From assembly GCA_963713855.1 (NCBI GenBank), contig OY970209.1:1280001-1344000 (forward strand): DNA of 64,000 bases, in the 5' to 3' direction. Both the position numbers and the translations under genes were made by a program. Origin of the DNA: an uncultured bacterium. GTDB taxonomy: Bacteria > Babelota > Babeliae > Babelales > Babelaceae. Shown one piece after another: positions 49,581 through 59,404 of this stretch (position 1 is the first letter of the stretch; the number at the start of each line of letters is the position of its first letter). The notes beneath the pieces are model-generated. The model was not told the origin of the DNA. It saw only the letters and a program-made list of their open reading frames with translations, and made no database searches.

Positions 49581-50783
49581 ATGACATATTATTTCAAAAA
49601 ATCAGTGTATTCTATCACTTTACTTATTTGCGTTCTTCATAGTGCGCATTCGAAACCCTACCAACAATCGAAAAAAGAACACGTAGGACAAGTTGAGCGT
49701 TGCGACCGAGCAAAGCCGCACGTTACATCCCTTAAAAAATGGTACCGCGGAGCAAAGCCAACCCCAAAGGATCTGCACTCATATAACCTCTTGAGGCAGC
49801 TTTGGAAAGTAACTCCTGTAAAAACCGTCTTAGACATGAGCAAAGAGTGGCTTAGGGACATGGAAGAAGAGCGTATGCGCGAGTATTGTAACCACAAGAA
49901 CCCTTCTCAAAACCAAAAGGCATGGCTCTCGCGTGCTCAAGAAGCTCTCGAGGTCACTGACGTTAAAGTCAGCCTGGGATCAACGGGGCAACCATTTGCG
50001 GCCAATGTGAGTGCTACAGCTCTTGGTGATGCCTATATCGCGCTTGATGAGAGCGAAAATAAAAAATTTACTATCTTTACGGCCTACCATGAGTGTGGCC
50101 ACATAGCCAATGGCGATGAACCGTATCAAGTAGGGGCATATAAGCCACCGGAAGTATTTGTAGAGCTTTTCGAAAATAAGGCTATAACTGAAAAAGTTGC
50201 CTTATATCTCGATAAAGCCCAAAAGCACTTGGATCAAAAAACCACGGTCGGAAAAACGCTCCATGAAACCCTTTTACGTCATAAAAAGTTGTGGCAAGAA
50301 CCCGCTAGCAAGCAAGAGTATGCACGAGTACTTAAAGGCAGGATACAAGAACAAAAAGCCGACCTAGCAGCTTTTTCAAAGCTTTTTGAAGAAAAGCAGT
50401 TTGATGTCATGTTTTACATAATTCACTTGTGGGCGACTCAGAAAGGTGAGCGTGCTTTTGTAGCAACAGGAACGGAGTATGTTCATCCATCATATGCTGA
50501 GCGTGCTTTGTACTTGATTGGTTACTTAATCGACCAGGGCATCGATGTTAACGGAGCACTGCAGGCGTACGAAAAAGTGCGCGGAACTAAAAGTGCATTT
50601 AAAGATATGAATGTGCTTATTGAAAGCTACGAAAACCTCTACAAAACTAAAAAAGTCACAGACGTTGATGAGTTTTTAAAAGTGTACGAAGATCTCAAAA
50701 AAGAACCAGGCACTATCGACGAAAGCAGGCTAACAAAAGCCTTTGACAAGCATAAAAATATCTTTAAGACGCTTATTTTTTAA
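49581..50783 (+). CDS. Secreted M48-like zinc metallopeptidase
   Basis: Signal peptide, YHECGH (HExxH), EQKAD (ExxAD), HPSYAER (HP...R). Confidence 0.7.
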   Translation: MTYYFKKSVYSITLLICVLHSAHSKPYQQSKKEHVGQVERCDRAKPHVTSLKKWYRGAKPTPKDLHSYNLLRQLWKVTPVKTVLDMSKEWLRDMEEERMREYCNHKNPSQNQKAWLSRAQEALEVTDVKVSLGSTGQPFAANVSATALGDAYIALDESENKKFTIFTAYHECGHIANGDEPYQVGAYKPPEVFVELFENKAITEKVALYLDKAQKHLDQKTTVGKTLHETLLRHKKLWQEPASKQEYARVLKGRIQEQKADLAAFSKLFEEKQFDVMFYIIHLWATQKGERAFVATGTEYVHPSYAERALYLIGYLIDQGIDVNGALQAYEKVRGTKSAFKDMNVLIESYENLYKTKKVTDVDEFLKVYEDLKKEPGTIDESRLTKAFDKHKNIFKTLIF

Positions 50784-50869
50784 ACAAGTGTTTAAAAAAA
50801 CGCCGAGAGTATTTGCCAAAAAAAGCATATTTGCTACGATAGTAAAGTCTTATTAATCACTATCAGAGT

Positions 50870-51907
50870 ATGTGCATGGCAGATCTTCGACAAGAACTTA
50901 TACGTCTTAAAAGTGCTTTTACCAAAACACTTCAAGATGCTCAAAATGGGATTGAGCTTGAAAATGTGCGTGTTAAGTATCTTGGAAGACAAGGCGAACT
51001 CGCTGAACTTATAAGTACTTTAAAAGAGTTATCCGCCGAGGAAAAACGTGTCATTGGGCCAGAGCTTAATGCGCTTAAGACAGAATTACATGCTGCTTTT
51101 GAAGCTAAAAAGGAATCTTTTATTGAGACTGAGCGAAAACGCGCCGAGGCTCAAAAAGCACACTTTGACGTGACTGCGTATATTCAGCGACCTATCGGTT
51201 CACTACATCCTTATACGCACATTACGCGACTTATAGAAGACATTTTTATTTCGATGGGGTTTTCCATTGTTGAAGGGCCTGAAGTTGAAACACCTTTTTA
51301 CAACTTCGAAGCACTTAATATTCCAGCCGATCATCCAGCTCGCGAAGAACATGATACATTCTGGCTGAAGATCCCTGGATACCTTATGCGTACACATACT
51401 TCCTCAGTTCAGATTCATACAATGCAAGAACGAAAGCCGCCCTTTGCCCTTTGTGCACCGGGACGGGCCTATCGGCACGAGGCTACCGATGCAACTCATG
51501 ATTTTGCCTTCACACAACTTGAAGGGCTCGTTGTAGATAAGAACCTTTCTGTTGCAAACCTTTTAGGAACGCTCAAAGTATTCTTACAAGCTCTTTTTAA
51601 TAGCCAAAAGGTAGATATACGTGTTCGCCCAAGCTACTTTCCATTTGTAGAGCCTGGATTGGAGGTCGATGTCAGCTGCCCATTCTGTACTAGTGGCTGC
51701 TCAGTGTGTAAAAAAACATGCTGGATTGAACTAGGTGGTGCTGGTATGGTACACCCTGCCGTTCTACAAGCTTGCAATATAGACCCAGAACAGTGGAGCG
51801 GATTTGCGTGGGGCATGGGCATAGAGCGCTTTGCAATGCTCATCTATCGCATACCAGATATACGGCTCTTTAAAACTCCAAAGCTTGATTTTTTAAAGCA
51901 GTTTTGA
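50870..51907 (+). CDS. pheS: Phenylalanine--tRNA ligase alpha subunit
   Basis: GSLHP, NFEALNIPADHPAR, RTHTS, RPSYFPFVEP, CPFC..GC.VCK, GFAWGMGIER. Confidence 0.97.
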   Translation: MCMADLRQELIRLKSAFTKTLQDAQNGIELENVRVKYLGRQGELAELISTLKELSAEEKRVIGPELNALKTELHAAFEAKKESFIETERKRAEAQKAHFDVTAYIQRPIGSLHPYTHITRLIEDIFISMGFSIVEGPEVETPFYNFEALNIPADHPAREEHDTFWLKIPGYLMRTHTSSVQIHTMQERKPPFALCAPGRAYRHEATDATHDFAFTQLEGLVVDKNLSVANLLGTLKVFLQALFNSQKVDIRVRPSYFPFVEPGLEVDVSCPFCTSGCSVCKKTCWIELGGAGMVHPAVLQACNIDPEQWSGFAWGMGIERFAMLIYRIPDIRLFKTPKLDFLKQF

Positions 51908-51909
51908 GG

Positions 51910-52530
51910 CTAAACTTTTACACAAAGTTGAGAACAACTGTTATTTCCGAGCTTCTGCTTATATTCCAAAAACCAATCCTTAAACTGTTTTAAGGCATGC
52001 ATTCTATAATTATACTTTTCAAAGTTGCCTTCATCGCGTAGCTGACTGTACGATTTTGTCTGCCCAAGAGGCACAAATATCGGATCAAAGGGAGCTATTT
52101 TGTAAAGCCTTTGAGTGTTTTTCGTATGAATAATGCTTCCAGGACAACTACTCTGAAATATTTGATGTTGATTATCTCCGTAAATAAATACGAGAGTCAG
52201 TTTAAACGTCGCACTTTCGTTATGATCAATAAGCCTAAAAATGCCTTGATAGCCTAGGCCATTAAATACGAACTTTGTGAGTGTTCCAGGAAACTCATTA
52301 TAGGCATCAAAATAAATCCCCGCATCCTCAGCCAAAACAGGTTTTTTTAAATAGTTCCATGCTTGTTTTGCCTTATAAAGCGCGATGGCTTTTTGGTCTA
52401 ATGTTTGAATCTCATCAAAATCAAGGTCCAACTTTTTAAGCTCGATAACAGGTAACCGTTTTTCAAAAAACTGGCTCGCTTCATCAAACTTCATTTGGTT
52501 GCTGGTTGCGTAGAAAATTTCAGTCATCAT
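51910..52530 (-). CDS. Non-canonical purine NTP pyrophosphatase (Ham1/RdgB family), divergent
   Basis: ATSNQMK, EIQ, EDAGI, FPG..TK, FDPIFVP. The usual SHR motif reads NYR. Confidence 0.8.
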   Translation of the reverse strand: MMTEIFYATSNQMKFDEASQFFEKRLPVIELKKLDLDFDEIQTLDQKAIALYKAKQAWNYLKKPVLAEDAGIYFDAYNEFPGTLTKFVFNGLGYQGIFRLIDHNESATFKLTLVFIYGDNQHQIFQSSCPGSIIHTKNTQRLYKIAPFDPIFVPLGQTKSYSQLRDEGNFEKYNYRMHALKQFKDWFLEYKQKLGNNSCSQLCVKV

Positions 52531-52565
52531 GGTATTCTTGTAAAAAAGTAATGTTAATCAAGCTT

Positions 52566-54839
52566 TTAAGCAGGCATTGTAAGCTCTTGAGCTTCGAGGG
52601 ATGGTCTGAGACGTGCCATTTTTTGCCTATACCGGCAATAAGTGAATAACGAAAAACCAGCTAATGCAGCTATTGTCGCTATAAATGCAGCTCCGGTTCC
52701 CAGCGTAGTTCCCAAAATAATGGCTAAATTATCATCTGATCCACTGCCCGACCCGTCACCACTGCTGCTACCACCACTAAAAAGAGGCACAACCGAGACA
52801 TCATTAGAAACACTATTTGCAGTAGCTATATAGGTTCCGTTCGGTGAAAAAGCAAGTGCTTGGCAATTACTTGAGTTAGCAGGTAAAAGATAAAAAGCAT
52901 TTTGGCTCAAGGTGTTCCCCGTAACATTAAAAAGAGTCACGCTGTTTAAAATGCTATTGGCCGTAGCAATGAACTCAGAATTTGGTGAGATGTCGATAGA
53001 AACTTCGTACGCTGTTCCTTGGTATGATTGGCCACTACTAAGAACCCCGCCCTGTACGACAAAAACGCTCACGTCACCTGAACCATGGTTTGCAGTTACT
53101 AGAAGCGATGCGCCGGAATTATCTGGTATGAAAGCGATTGATAAGGGCTTAGTTGAACCCGAAGGCAAGGGCTGAGAGATGCCATTACTGAGCGCTCCCG
53201 CCGAGAATGTAAAGATTGTTACACCGCTAGAGTTTGCATTTGCGATTGCTAAATAACTCCCGCCAGGCTCGAAAGCGAGGTCAACAGGTTCTAAAGATCC
53301 AGTTGGCAATGGGTAAGAAATAGGACTTTTTAAAGTTCCAGCTACCACATTAAAAAGTGTGATGTCACTTGAATTGCTATTGACGACCGCTAAATGCAAA
53401 TCGTCGGGGGAAAATGCTAATGCCACTGGTTTCCTAGAACCGGTTGGTAAAGCATATGATGTCCCTGTCATTAACTGTCCTGTTGCAATGGTAAATAATG
53501 TAACGTCATGGGAATTGCTATTAGCTGTTACAAGGAATGAAGAATTAGAAGAAAAGGTTATACCAGTAGGCTGCAATGATCCTGTTGGTAAGGCGTAAGA
53601 AATGCCTTGATTGAGCGTGGCCTGTGTTCCTCCGGCAGCAATGCTAAAGAGCGTGACATCATTTGAGTTATAATTTGCAGTTGCCAGAATCCGTCCGTCA
53701 GGAGAAAAGGTGATTGCTTCAGGCTCGCTTGATCCTAGCGGTAATGGGTATGAGGCTCCTGTTTTAACACCACAATTCTGGGTGATAAACGTAGTCACAC
53801 CACTTGCATCTTTATCCGCTGTGGCCACTATGTTGCCAGCTGGCGAAAATGCTATTGATCTAGGTCCGGTAGGGCCAGGTGGTAACGGATAAGACACCCC
53901 TCCAGCCAATTTACCTCCAGCCTGCACTTGGAAGAGCGTGACATCGTTTGATACGTTGTTAGCACTTACTAAAAGGTCGCCGGTTGGCGAAAAAGCTATG
54001 GATGTTGCGAATGTAGAACCTACTGGTAAAGGGTATGATGTACCGTTAGTAAGGTTACCCGTTGGCCCGACGGAAAATATGGTAATGTCGCTGGATTGAC
54101 TATTAGCGGTAGCTAGATACGATCCTGTTGGGGAGAATGCTATTGAGTAAGGGTAAGTCGAACCAGTAGGCAACGAATATGATGTTGCGTTGACTAAAGC
54201 ACCGGCCTTGAGAGTAAAAACCGTGACATTGTTTGAAGACGCATTAGCGGTCGCCACATACGTTTCTGAGGGCGAAAACGCAAGTGCTGTTGGGGTAGTT
54301 GAGCCAGCGGGCAGAGCATATGACGTAGCTGCACTTAAAGCGCCGCCAGCCCCGACCGTAAAGAGAGTAACATCGGCAGAGCCACCATTGGCCGTTGCAA
54401 CATAAGCTCCTGAGGGAGAATAAGCTAAATAATAAGGCAAGGTCGAACCTGTGGGCAAGGAATAAGATGTAGGATTGAGAAGGTGCCCTGATTGCACCGC
54501 AAAGACAGTAACATCATTTGAACCGTAATTGGCGGTGGTAAAAAATGAACCGGAGGGCGAAAAAGCTCCTGAAATTGGTGACGTCGACCCGGCGGGTAAA
54601 TCATACAAGCTTGATATCGGTAAACTTCCTTCAGCTCCAACCGTAAATAATGATACGTTGTTCGAACCGTAGTTAGCGATTCCTAAATACGCTCCCGTTG
54701 GAGAAAATGCTGCCGAGTAGGGTTGTAGTTGACCAGCGGAAATGGAATATGCCTCTTTTAAGGAACATACAGCGCAAGCCCTAGGGCTGAAGATAAGAGA
54801 TATAAGCATGCTAAGAAAGATAAGTGTCTTCTTCATCAC
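52566..54839 (-). CDS. Beta-propeller repeat surface protein, 14 repeats, C-terminal TM (paralog of 41036..44353)
   Basis: Signal peptide, 14 copies of the same unit, GSSSGDGSGSG linker, TM (IILGTTLG) and basic RYRQK. Confidence 0.85.
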   Translation of the reverse strand: MMKKTLIFLSMLISLIFSPRACAVCSLKEAYSISAGQLQPYSAAFSPTGAYLGIANYGSNNVSLFTVGAEGSLPISSLYDLPAGSTSPISGAFSPSGSFFTTANYGSNDVTVFAVQSGHLLNPTSYSLPTGSTLPYYLAYSPSGAYVATANGGSADVTLFTVGAGGALSAATSYALPAGSTTPTALAFSPSETYVATANASSNNVTVFTLKAGALVNATSYSLPTGSTYPYSIAFSPTGSYLATANSQSSDITIFSVGPTGNLTNGTSYPLPVGSTFATSIAFSPTGDLLVSANNVSNDVTLFQVQAGGKLAGGVSYPLPPGPTGPRSIAFSPAGNIVATADKDASGVTTFITQNCGVKTGASYPLPLGSSEPEAITFSPDGRILATANYNSNDVTLFSIAAGGTQATLNQGISYALPTGSLQPTGITFSSNSSFLVTANSNSHDVTLFTIATGQLMTGTSYALPTGSRKPVALAFSPDDLHLAVVNSNSSDITLFNVVAGTLKSPISYPLPTGSLEPVDLAFEPGGSYLAIANANSSGVTIFTFSAGALSNGISQPLPSGSTKPLSIAFIPDNSGASLLVTANHGSGDVSVFVVQGGVLSSGQSYQGTAYEVSIDISPNSEFIATANSILNSVTLFNVTGNTLSQNAFYLLPANSSNCQALAFSPNGTYIATANSVSNDVSVVPLFSGGSSSGDGSGSGSDDNLAIILGTTLGTGAAFIATIAALAGFSLFTYCRYRQKMARLRPSLEAQELTMPA

Positions 54840-55061
54840 ATTGTCCCCTTATGTCTTCAAGGTTTTTGTGCTACGCATCAAGTTCTTGGCATCAAGCATA
54901 TACGAAGAAAAGACGATGACAAGATGTCATTGAGCTTATACTTCAGTTAATTTCAAAGATGCTAGCAACCGCTTTAAGCCAGCCAGATAACATGCCTCCT
55001 AAACAACTTGCATGCTTTTATTATGATGATAGCCTAAGAACATGACCCATTTTACATAAGG

Positions 55062-55457
55062 ATGCACAGCATGTTTAAATCCATAACCCATTTTACGCTC
55101 TTTGTTACTGATCAAAATAAAGCCCTCGCATTCTATAAAGACACCTTAGGCTTTAAACTCCACACTGATGAGAAATTTGGCAACATGCGTTGGCTTACTT
55201 TAAATTTACCTGGTCAAAAGGACCTTGAGCTCGTTCTCATGCTTGCAGAGACACCTGAAGAAAAGGCACTCGTAGGAAAACAAGCTGCATCTAAGCCTTT
55301 CTTTAATATAGATACAGATAACTGCCAAAAAGATTATGATGCACTCGTCAAAAAAGGGGTAACTTTTCTTGAAAAACCTGAAAAACATCCGTGGGGAATA
55401 GGTACGTCTTTTAAAGATCTTTATGGCAATGTTATCTATATGTGCCAAACCGCATAA
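55062..55457 (+). CDS. VOC/glyoxalase family protein
   Basis: ITHFTLFVTDQ..ALAFY..TLGF, RWLT, PWG...FKDLYGN. Confidence 0.9.
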   Translation: MHSMFKSITHFTLFVTDQNKALAFYKDTLGFKLHTDEKFGNMRWLTLNLPGQKDLELVLMLAETPEEKALVGKQAASKPFFNIDTDNCQKDYDALVKKGVTFLEKPEKHPWGIGTSFKDLYGNVIYMCQTA

Positions 55458-55584
55458 TAAAAACAAGAACGCTGCTTAAGAGCACAAATGCATAAGGCTC
55501 TTTTTGCAGCGTAAGTAATAGATCTTATATCGGACCCCAAGAAGCTTGAGTGTTGTTACGTGACGGCTATTTTAAGAAGGTGTT

Positions 55585-55863
55585 CTAGGGATTTTGTGCT
55601 TCAGACGAAGACATGTTTTCAAGCCTTTCTAACAAGGTAAAAAGAACTGTGCGTTCCGCCTTTGTAAAAGCTCTCAGCAATTGCTCAACTTCGTCATAAT
55701 CTTGACCTTTTAAAGCGCTGACTAGCGTCTTCATTTTTACGCCAAATGCGACGGGATCATCCATAAGAACTAAACTGGCAAGCTCATCACTTCTAACAAT
55801 GCCCCGGCTGGAAAATGCGGACAAAGCCATAAAAAGAACTAATAGGCGACTTATTTTTACCAT
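55585..55863 (-). CDS. Small secreted hypothetical protein
   Basis: AGGAG RBS and signal peptide. Confidence 0.6.
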   Translation of the reverse strand: MVKISRLLVLFMALSAFSSRGIVRSDELASLVLMDDPVAFGVKMKTLVSALKGQDYDEVEQLLRAFTKAERTVLFTLLERLENMSSSEAQNP

Positions 55864-56001
55864 AGCTGCTCCTGAAGTATAAAAATCTGAAGTATCATAA
55901 CTTCTGTCCTTCTAGTATTACTATATCATTATTAATTTCATAATGTAAAATATTTGTATTTAAAATATACCACTCAAAGTGGGCATCGCTTACGCTTGAG
56001 C

Positions 56002-57054
56002 TTATCGTTTTTTGACAATTTTTGTACGAGGAGCTTCTTTGATGACCTCTTTTGCTGTTTTATCATCGCGCAGACCCTTATAGCGTGGAACTCTTAATCG
56101 GCTATCTTTAGTCCATTGAGCAAAGTGAATTTCTGCAACAAGCTTCGGTTTAACCCAATGAACGCCTTTCTGTGTACCTTCATAGTTACTTACTGGCATT
56201 TTGGTAATTGTTAATGGACGTAATTTGGCATAAAGGGTTTTAAGGGTATCTACGGTATAGCCGCTTCCCACTTTGCCAGCGTAAAGCAGTTTCTCACCCT
56301 GATAGTAGCCTACAAGTAACGCTCCGAAGTTAATTCTAGAGCCTTGTGGATCGGTGTAACCTACGATGACAAATTCTTGATCCATCACACATTTAAATTT
56401 CAACCAATCCGGGGACCTGAATCCTTGATACGTGCTTTCAGCTCGTTTTGCTATAAGCCCTTCCCAGTGCAACCGACAGGCAGTTTTGAAAAAATGAAGT
56501 CCATTGGTAAAAGCATGTTCGCTATACTTAAGTACACCTTTAAAAGTAAAAAGCTTTTTTAAAACTTCCTTGCGCTCAAGAAGAGCAAAGTCGCGAATAT
56601 CATAACCATCAACGTACATGCAATCAAAGATCTGGTAATAGATAGGAACGTTTTTTTCTTCGCGCGCTATTGCCGCGCTTTTTGAAAGGTTTATTCTACC
56701 TTGGAGCAATTGAAAATCGGATAGACCACTTTTATCAAGCGCAACGATTTCACCATCAATAATAAAATCGTCAGCTTTTTCCTGAGTCAACGCTTTTACG
56801 AGCTCTGGATACTTATCATTTATATTTTTATCAGCTCGTGTTTTAAGGCTAACCTTACCGTTCTTTTTAAAAGCAAGGCAACGCTCACCATCAAACTTGT
56901 GCTCATACACCCAGTCCTTACTGGAAAAATAATCCTCTGTTAACGTAGCGAGCATCGGACTTATAAATGCCGGCTGGGCTATTTTTTTGCGCTTTAGTAA
57001 GACATCTTTCGGCAATCCTGCAAATATATCCGCATTAGCCATTACTATCCCCAT
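56002..57054 (-). CDS. ATP-dependent DNA ligase, LigD-type ligase domain only
   Basis: PMLA, EHKFDGER (adenylated Lys), IDGEIV, EGLIAK, WLKFK, FGALLVG, GKVGSG, LRVPRYKGLRDDK. Confidence 0.9.
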   Translation of the reverse strand: MGIVMANADIFAGLPKDVLLKRKKIAQPAFISPMLATLTEDYFSSKDWVYEHKFDGERCLAFKKNGKVSLKTRADKNINDKYPELVKALTQEKADDFIIDGEIVALDKSGLSDFQLLQGRINLSKSAAIAREEKNVPIYYQIFDCMYVDGYDIRDFALLERKEVLKKLFTFKGVLKYSEHAFTNGLHFFKTACRLHWEGLIAKRAESTYQGFRSPDWLKFKCVMDQEFVIVGYTDPQGSRINFGALLVGYYQGEKLLYAGKVGSGYTVDTLKTLYAKLRPLTITKMPVSNYEGTQKGVHWVKPKLVAEIHFAQWTKDSRLRVPRYKGLRDDKTAKEVIKEAPRTKIVKKR

Positions 57055-57160
57055 AATTTACCTATTTCTTGAGAATTAACCTGACGCTATACTAAACCTA
57101 TAGCATGGTATACGAAAACCAAGCAACAGATCGCTGCATCTTGCCACTAACACACGAGTA

Positions 57161-58087
57161 ATGTTGATGAGTATCAGAGTAAAAGATCTACGTTTTTCGG
57201 CGTTTATCCTCTGGCATTTTCTTACGACGCCAAATATTACGCAGGGCATATCTATCGTCTATAACTTGCGAATAGCTGAAACAACAAAACATCACGAGCT
57301 TGAACATGACGCTATGCATTCGTCTTTAGTAGGTATCACCCCATTTGATCAGTTTCGCAGAAAATACGATGGCACTCGCGAGTCCGCGATAGGGGCTCTT
57401 GCAACAGCGCTTTACTATACTAAAAAGTTCTATGTGCGAATCGATGGCGCAGGTGCATATGTAAGCGAGCAAAAAAACGATGTTCATTTTCAAAAAACGC
57501 AAAGCGACGATATTCTTTTTTCAGGTGGGTACACAAAACGGTTGGGTGAACGCGCTATCATAACGCTCTCTGGCCTTTTTGGCGTACCTACTCACAAAGA
57601 CACTAGTTTACTTAATGTTCAATTCGGACTTGCACATATAGGACTTGGTGCACAGTTAGATGGTGACTTTAAATACTCGCAAAATGAAAAACACAGCGTT
57701 CAAACGGCCCTTCGCCTTATTCATTTTTTTGAGCGAAAGACACCTTGCACGGTCAATGAAAGTCAGGAAAATGTGCGTTTTAAAACAGGAAACCTTGTAG
57801 ACCTCTTTATCGCTCATCATACAACCATGGATCAACAAAGATTTGAATGTGGATATAACCTAACAATGCTTTTCGACACAAAGGTGCACCCGCACGTTGC
57901 TGATATAGTAGACAAGACTGAGTTTATTCGAAGTAGCTTTTACGGTACTTACAAATATAAATTTTCATTACTCGACTTTACCAATACCTTTCTGCTTGGT
58001 GTGTCTTATGGCTTTGACCACAAACCCAAAAAAAATGGGGAAAAACGCATCGTTACACTGTGGGCAACCTGGAACGTTCATTTTTAA
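57161..58087 (+). CDS. Hypothetical exported protein, possible outer-membrane beta-barrel
   Basis: Signal-like N-terminus, alternating hydrophobic strands and a C-terminus ending WATWNVHF. Confidence 0.55.
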   Translation: MLMSIRVKDLRFSAFILWHFLTTPNITQGISIVYNLRIAETTKHHELEHDAMHSSLVGITPFDQFRRKYDGTRESAIGALATALYYTKKFYVRIDGAGAYVSEQKNDVHFQKTQSDDILFSGGYTKRLGERAIITLSGLFGVPTHKDTSLLNVQFGLAHIGLGAQLDGDFKYSQNEKHSVQTALRLIHFFERKTPCTVNESQENVRFKTGNLVDLFIAHHTTMDQQRFECGYNLTMLFDTKVHPHVADIVDKTEFIRSSFYGTYKYKFSLLDFTNTFLLGVSYGFDHKPKKNGEKRIVTLWATWNVHF

Positions 58088-58170
58088 AACCCTCGCTCTG
58101 CAGCCCATTGACACGTTCCCCCTGGATGATGGATGATAAGCCCGTACACGTAAATAAGAAAGGTATGTAT

Positions 58171-59265
58171 ATGAATGTGAAAGTTAAAATAGTAAGTGGT
58201 ATCCTTTTATTGTCATTTTGCTTACAAATGAATGCAGATGGCTGCCATCATCATAAAAAACGGAAAAAGCAAATCGTTAACGGTCAAGGCTCTACACTTG
58301 CCCAGCCTTTGTATGATGCCATAATCCCAGCATTTGCTAAAAAATTTCCCCGTGCACTTCAGGTAACGTACAACACAAACCCGAATCAAACCGGCTCCTC
58401 GAAAGGTCTTACACAGCTTTTACAGCATAAAGTGGTCTTTGCAGGAAGCGATGTTCCACCGACCAATGCTCAAGAAAAAAGCGCCACTGGTACGCTGTTG
58501 ACCTTTCCAACCGCTGTTGCTGGAGTTTCTATCGCCTATAATCTTCCGGGAAATCCTAACGTAACATTCTCAGCTCAAGTACTTGCGAATATTTTTAGAG
58601 GCAAAATAACAAATTGGAAACAGGTTAGCCCCGCGCTTCCTAACTTGCTTATTACCCCAGTGGCACGCTCGGATGGAAGCGGTTCTACAAACGATTTTAC
58701 CACCTTTCTCTCCAGAGCAAGCTCAAACTGGCCAACTTCATTAACGGGCAATGGGCCATTCATTTTTGGAAATCCTCAGCAAGTCAGTGTGAGCGGAAGC
58801 ACCGGTGTTGCTAATGCAGTAAAGAGCAAAGTAGGATCTATCGGATATGTTGGGTTTGACATTGCCAGCCAAAACGGCCTTAAATCGGGACTCGTAATCA
58901 ATGCTTCTAAAAAAGCAATAGCGCCAAGTATTGGCTCAATAACGGCTGCAGCCAACATTAGTAACATCCCTTCTGATTTAAGATTAGATACAATTAACTC
59001 GCCAAATTCTTCAGCGTATCCTATAGCAAGCCCAACCAATATCGTAGTATTTAAAAAGCAGCCTTCACAAGCTATTGCAAGAACGTTGCGAGAATTTCTT
59101 GACTTCATTTTAAGCTCTCAAGGCACAAAAATAGTGATTAAATCATTTTTAGGGCCACTCCCTTCATCTATCGTCAAACTCTACAAAAAGCAGGACGAGA
59201 AAATACATGCAAAGTTTGTGAATCCATGCAAAAGACCGGATAGAGGATGCGGATGCTCGCACTAG
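58171..59265 (+). CDS. pstS: Phosphate ABC transporter substrate-binding protein
   Basis: GQGST, TGSSKG, FAGSD, GKITNW, RSDGSGST, GSIGYV, AYPI. Start chosen after the AAAGG RBS. Confidence 0.9.
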   Translation: MNVKVKIVSGILLLSFCLQMNADGCHHHKKRKKQIVNGQGSTLAQPLYDAIIPAFAKKFPRALQVTYNTNPNQTGSSKGLTQLLQHKVVFAGSDVPPTNAQEKSATGTLLTFPTAVAGVSIAYNLPGNPNVTFSAQVLANIFRGKITNWKQVSPALPNLLITPVARSDGSGSTNDFTTFLSRASSNWPTSLTGNGPFIFGNPQQVSVSGSTGVANAVKSKVGSIGYVGFDIASQNGLKSGLVINASKKAIAPSIGSITAAANISNIPSDLRLDTINSPNSSAYPIASPTNIVVFKKQPSQAIARTLREFLDFILSSQGTKIVIKSFLGPLPSSIVKLYKKQDEKIHAKFVNPCKRPDRGCGCSH

Positions 59266-59404
59266 CTTAAAATCAACGCCGGATATAGCAAAAGTGCACT
59301 GTCAGTGACCCTTGTTTTGGGATTTCTGATCTTCGCCTAAATTTGCAGTTTTAACATATTTAACCTAAACTGAAATAAAAAATACCCAGATTCGATCAGA
59401 AAAT

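Noticed and set aside
41036..54839. CRISPR array or DNA-level tandem repeat
   Set aside because: The periodicity is a degenerate protein repeat inside ORFs. No identical repeats with unique spacers and no cas genes were seen.
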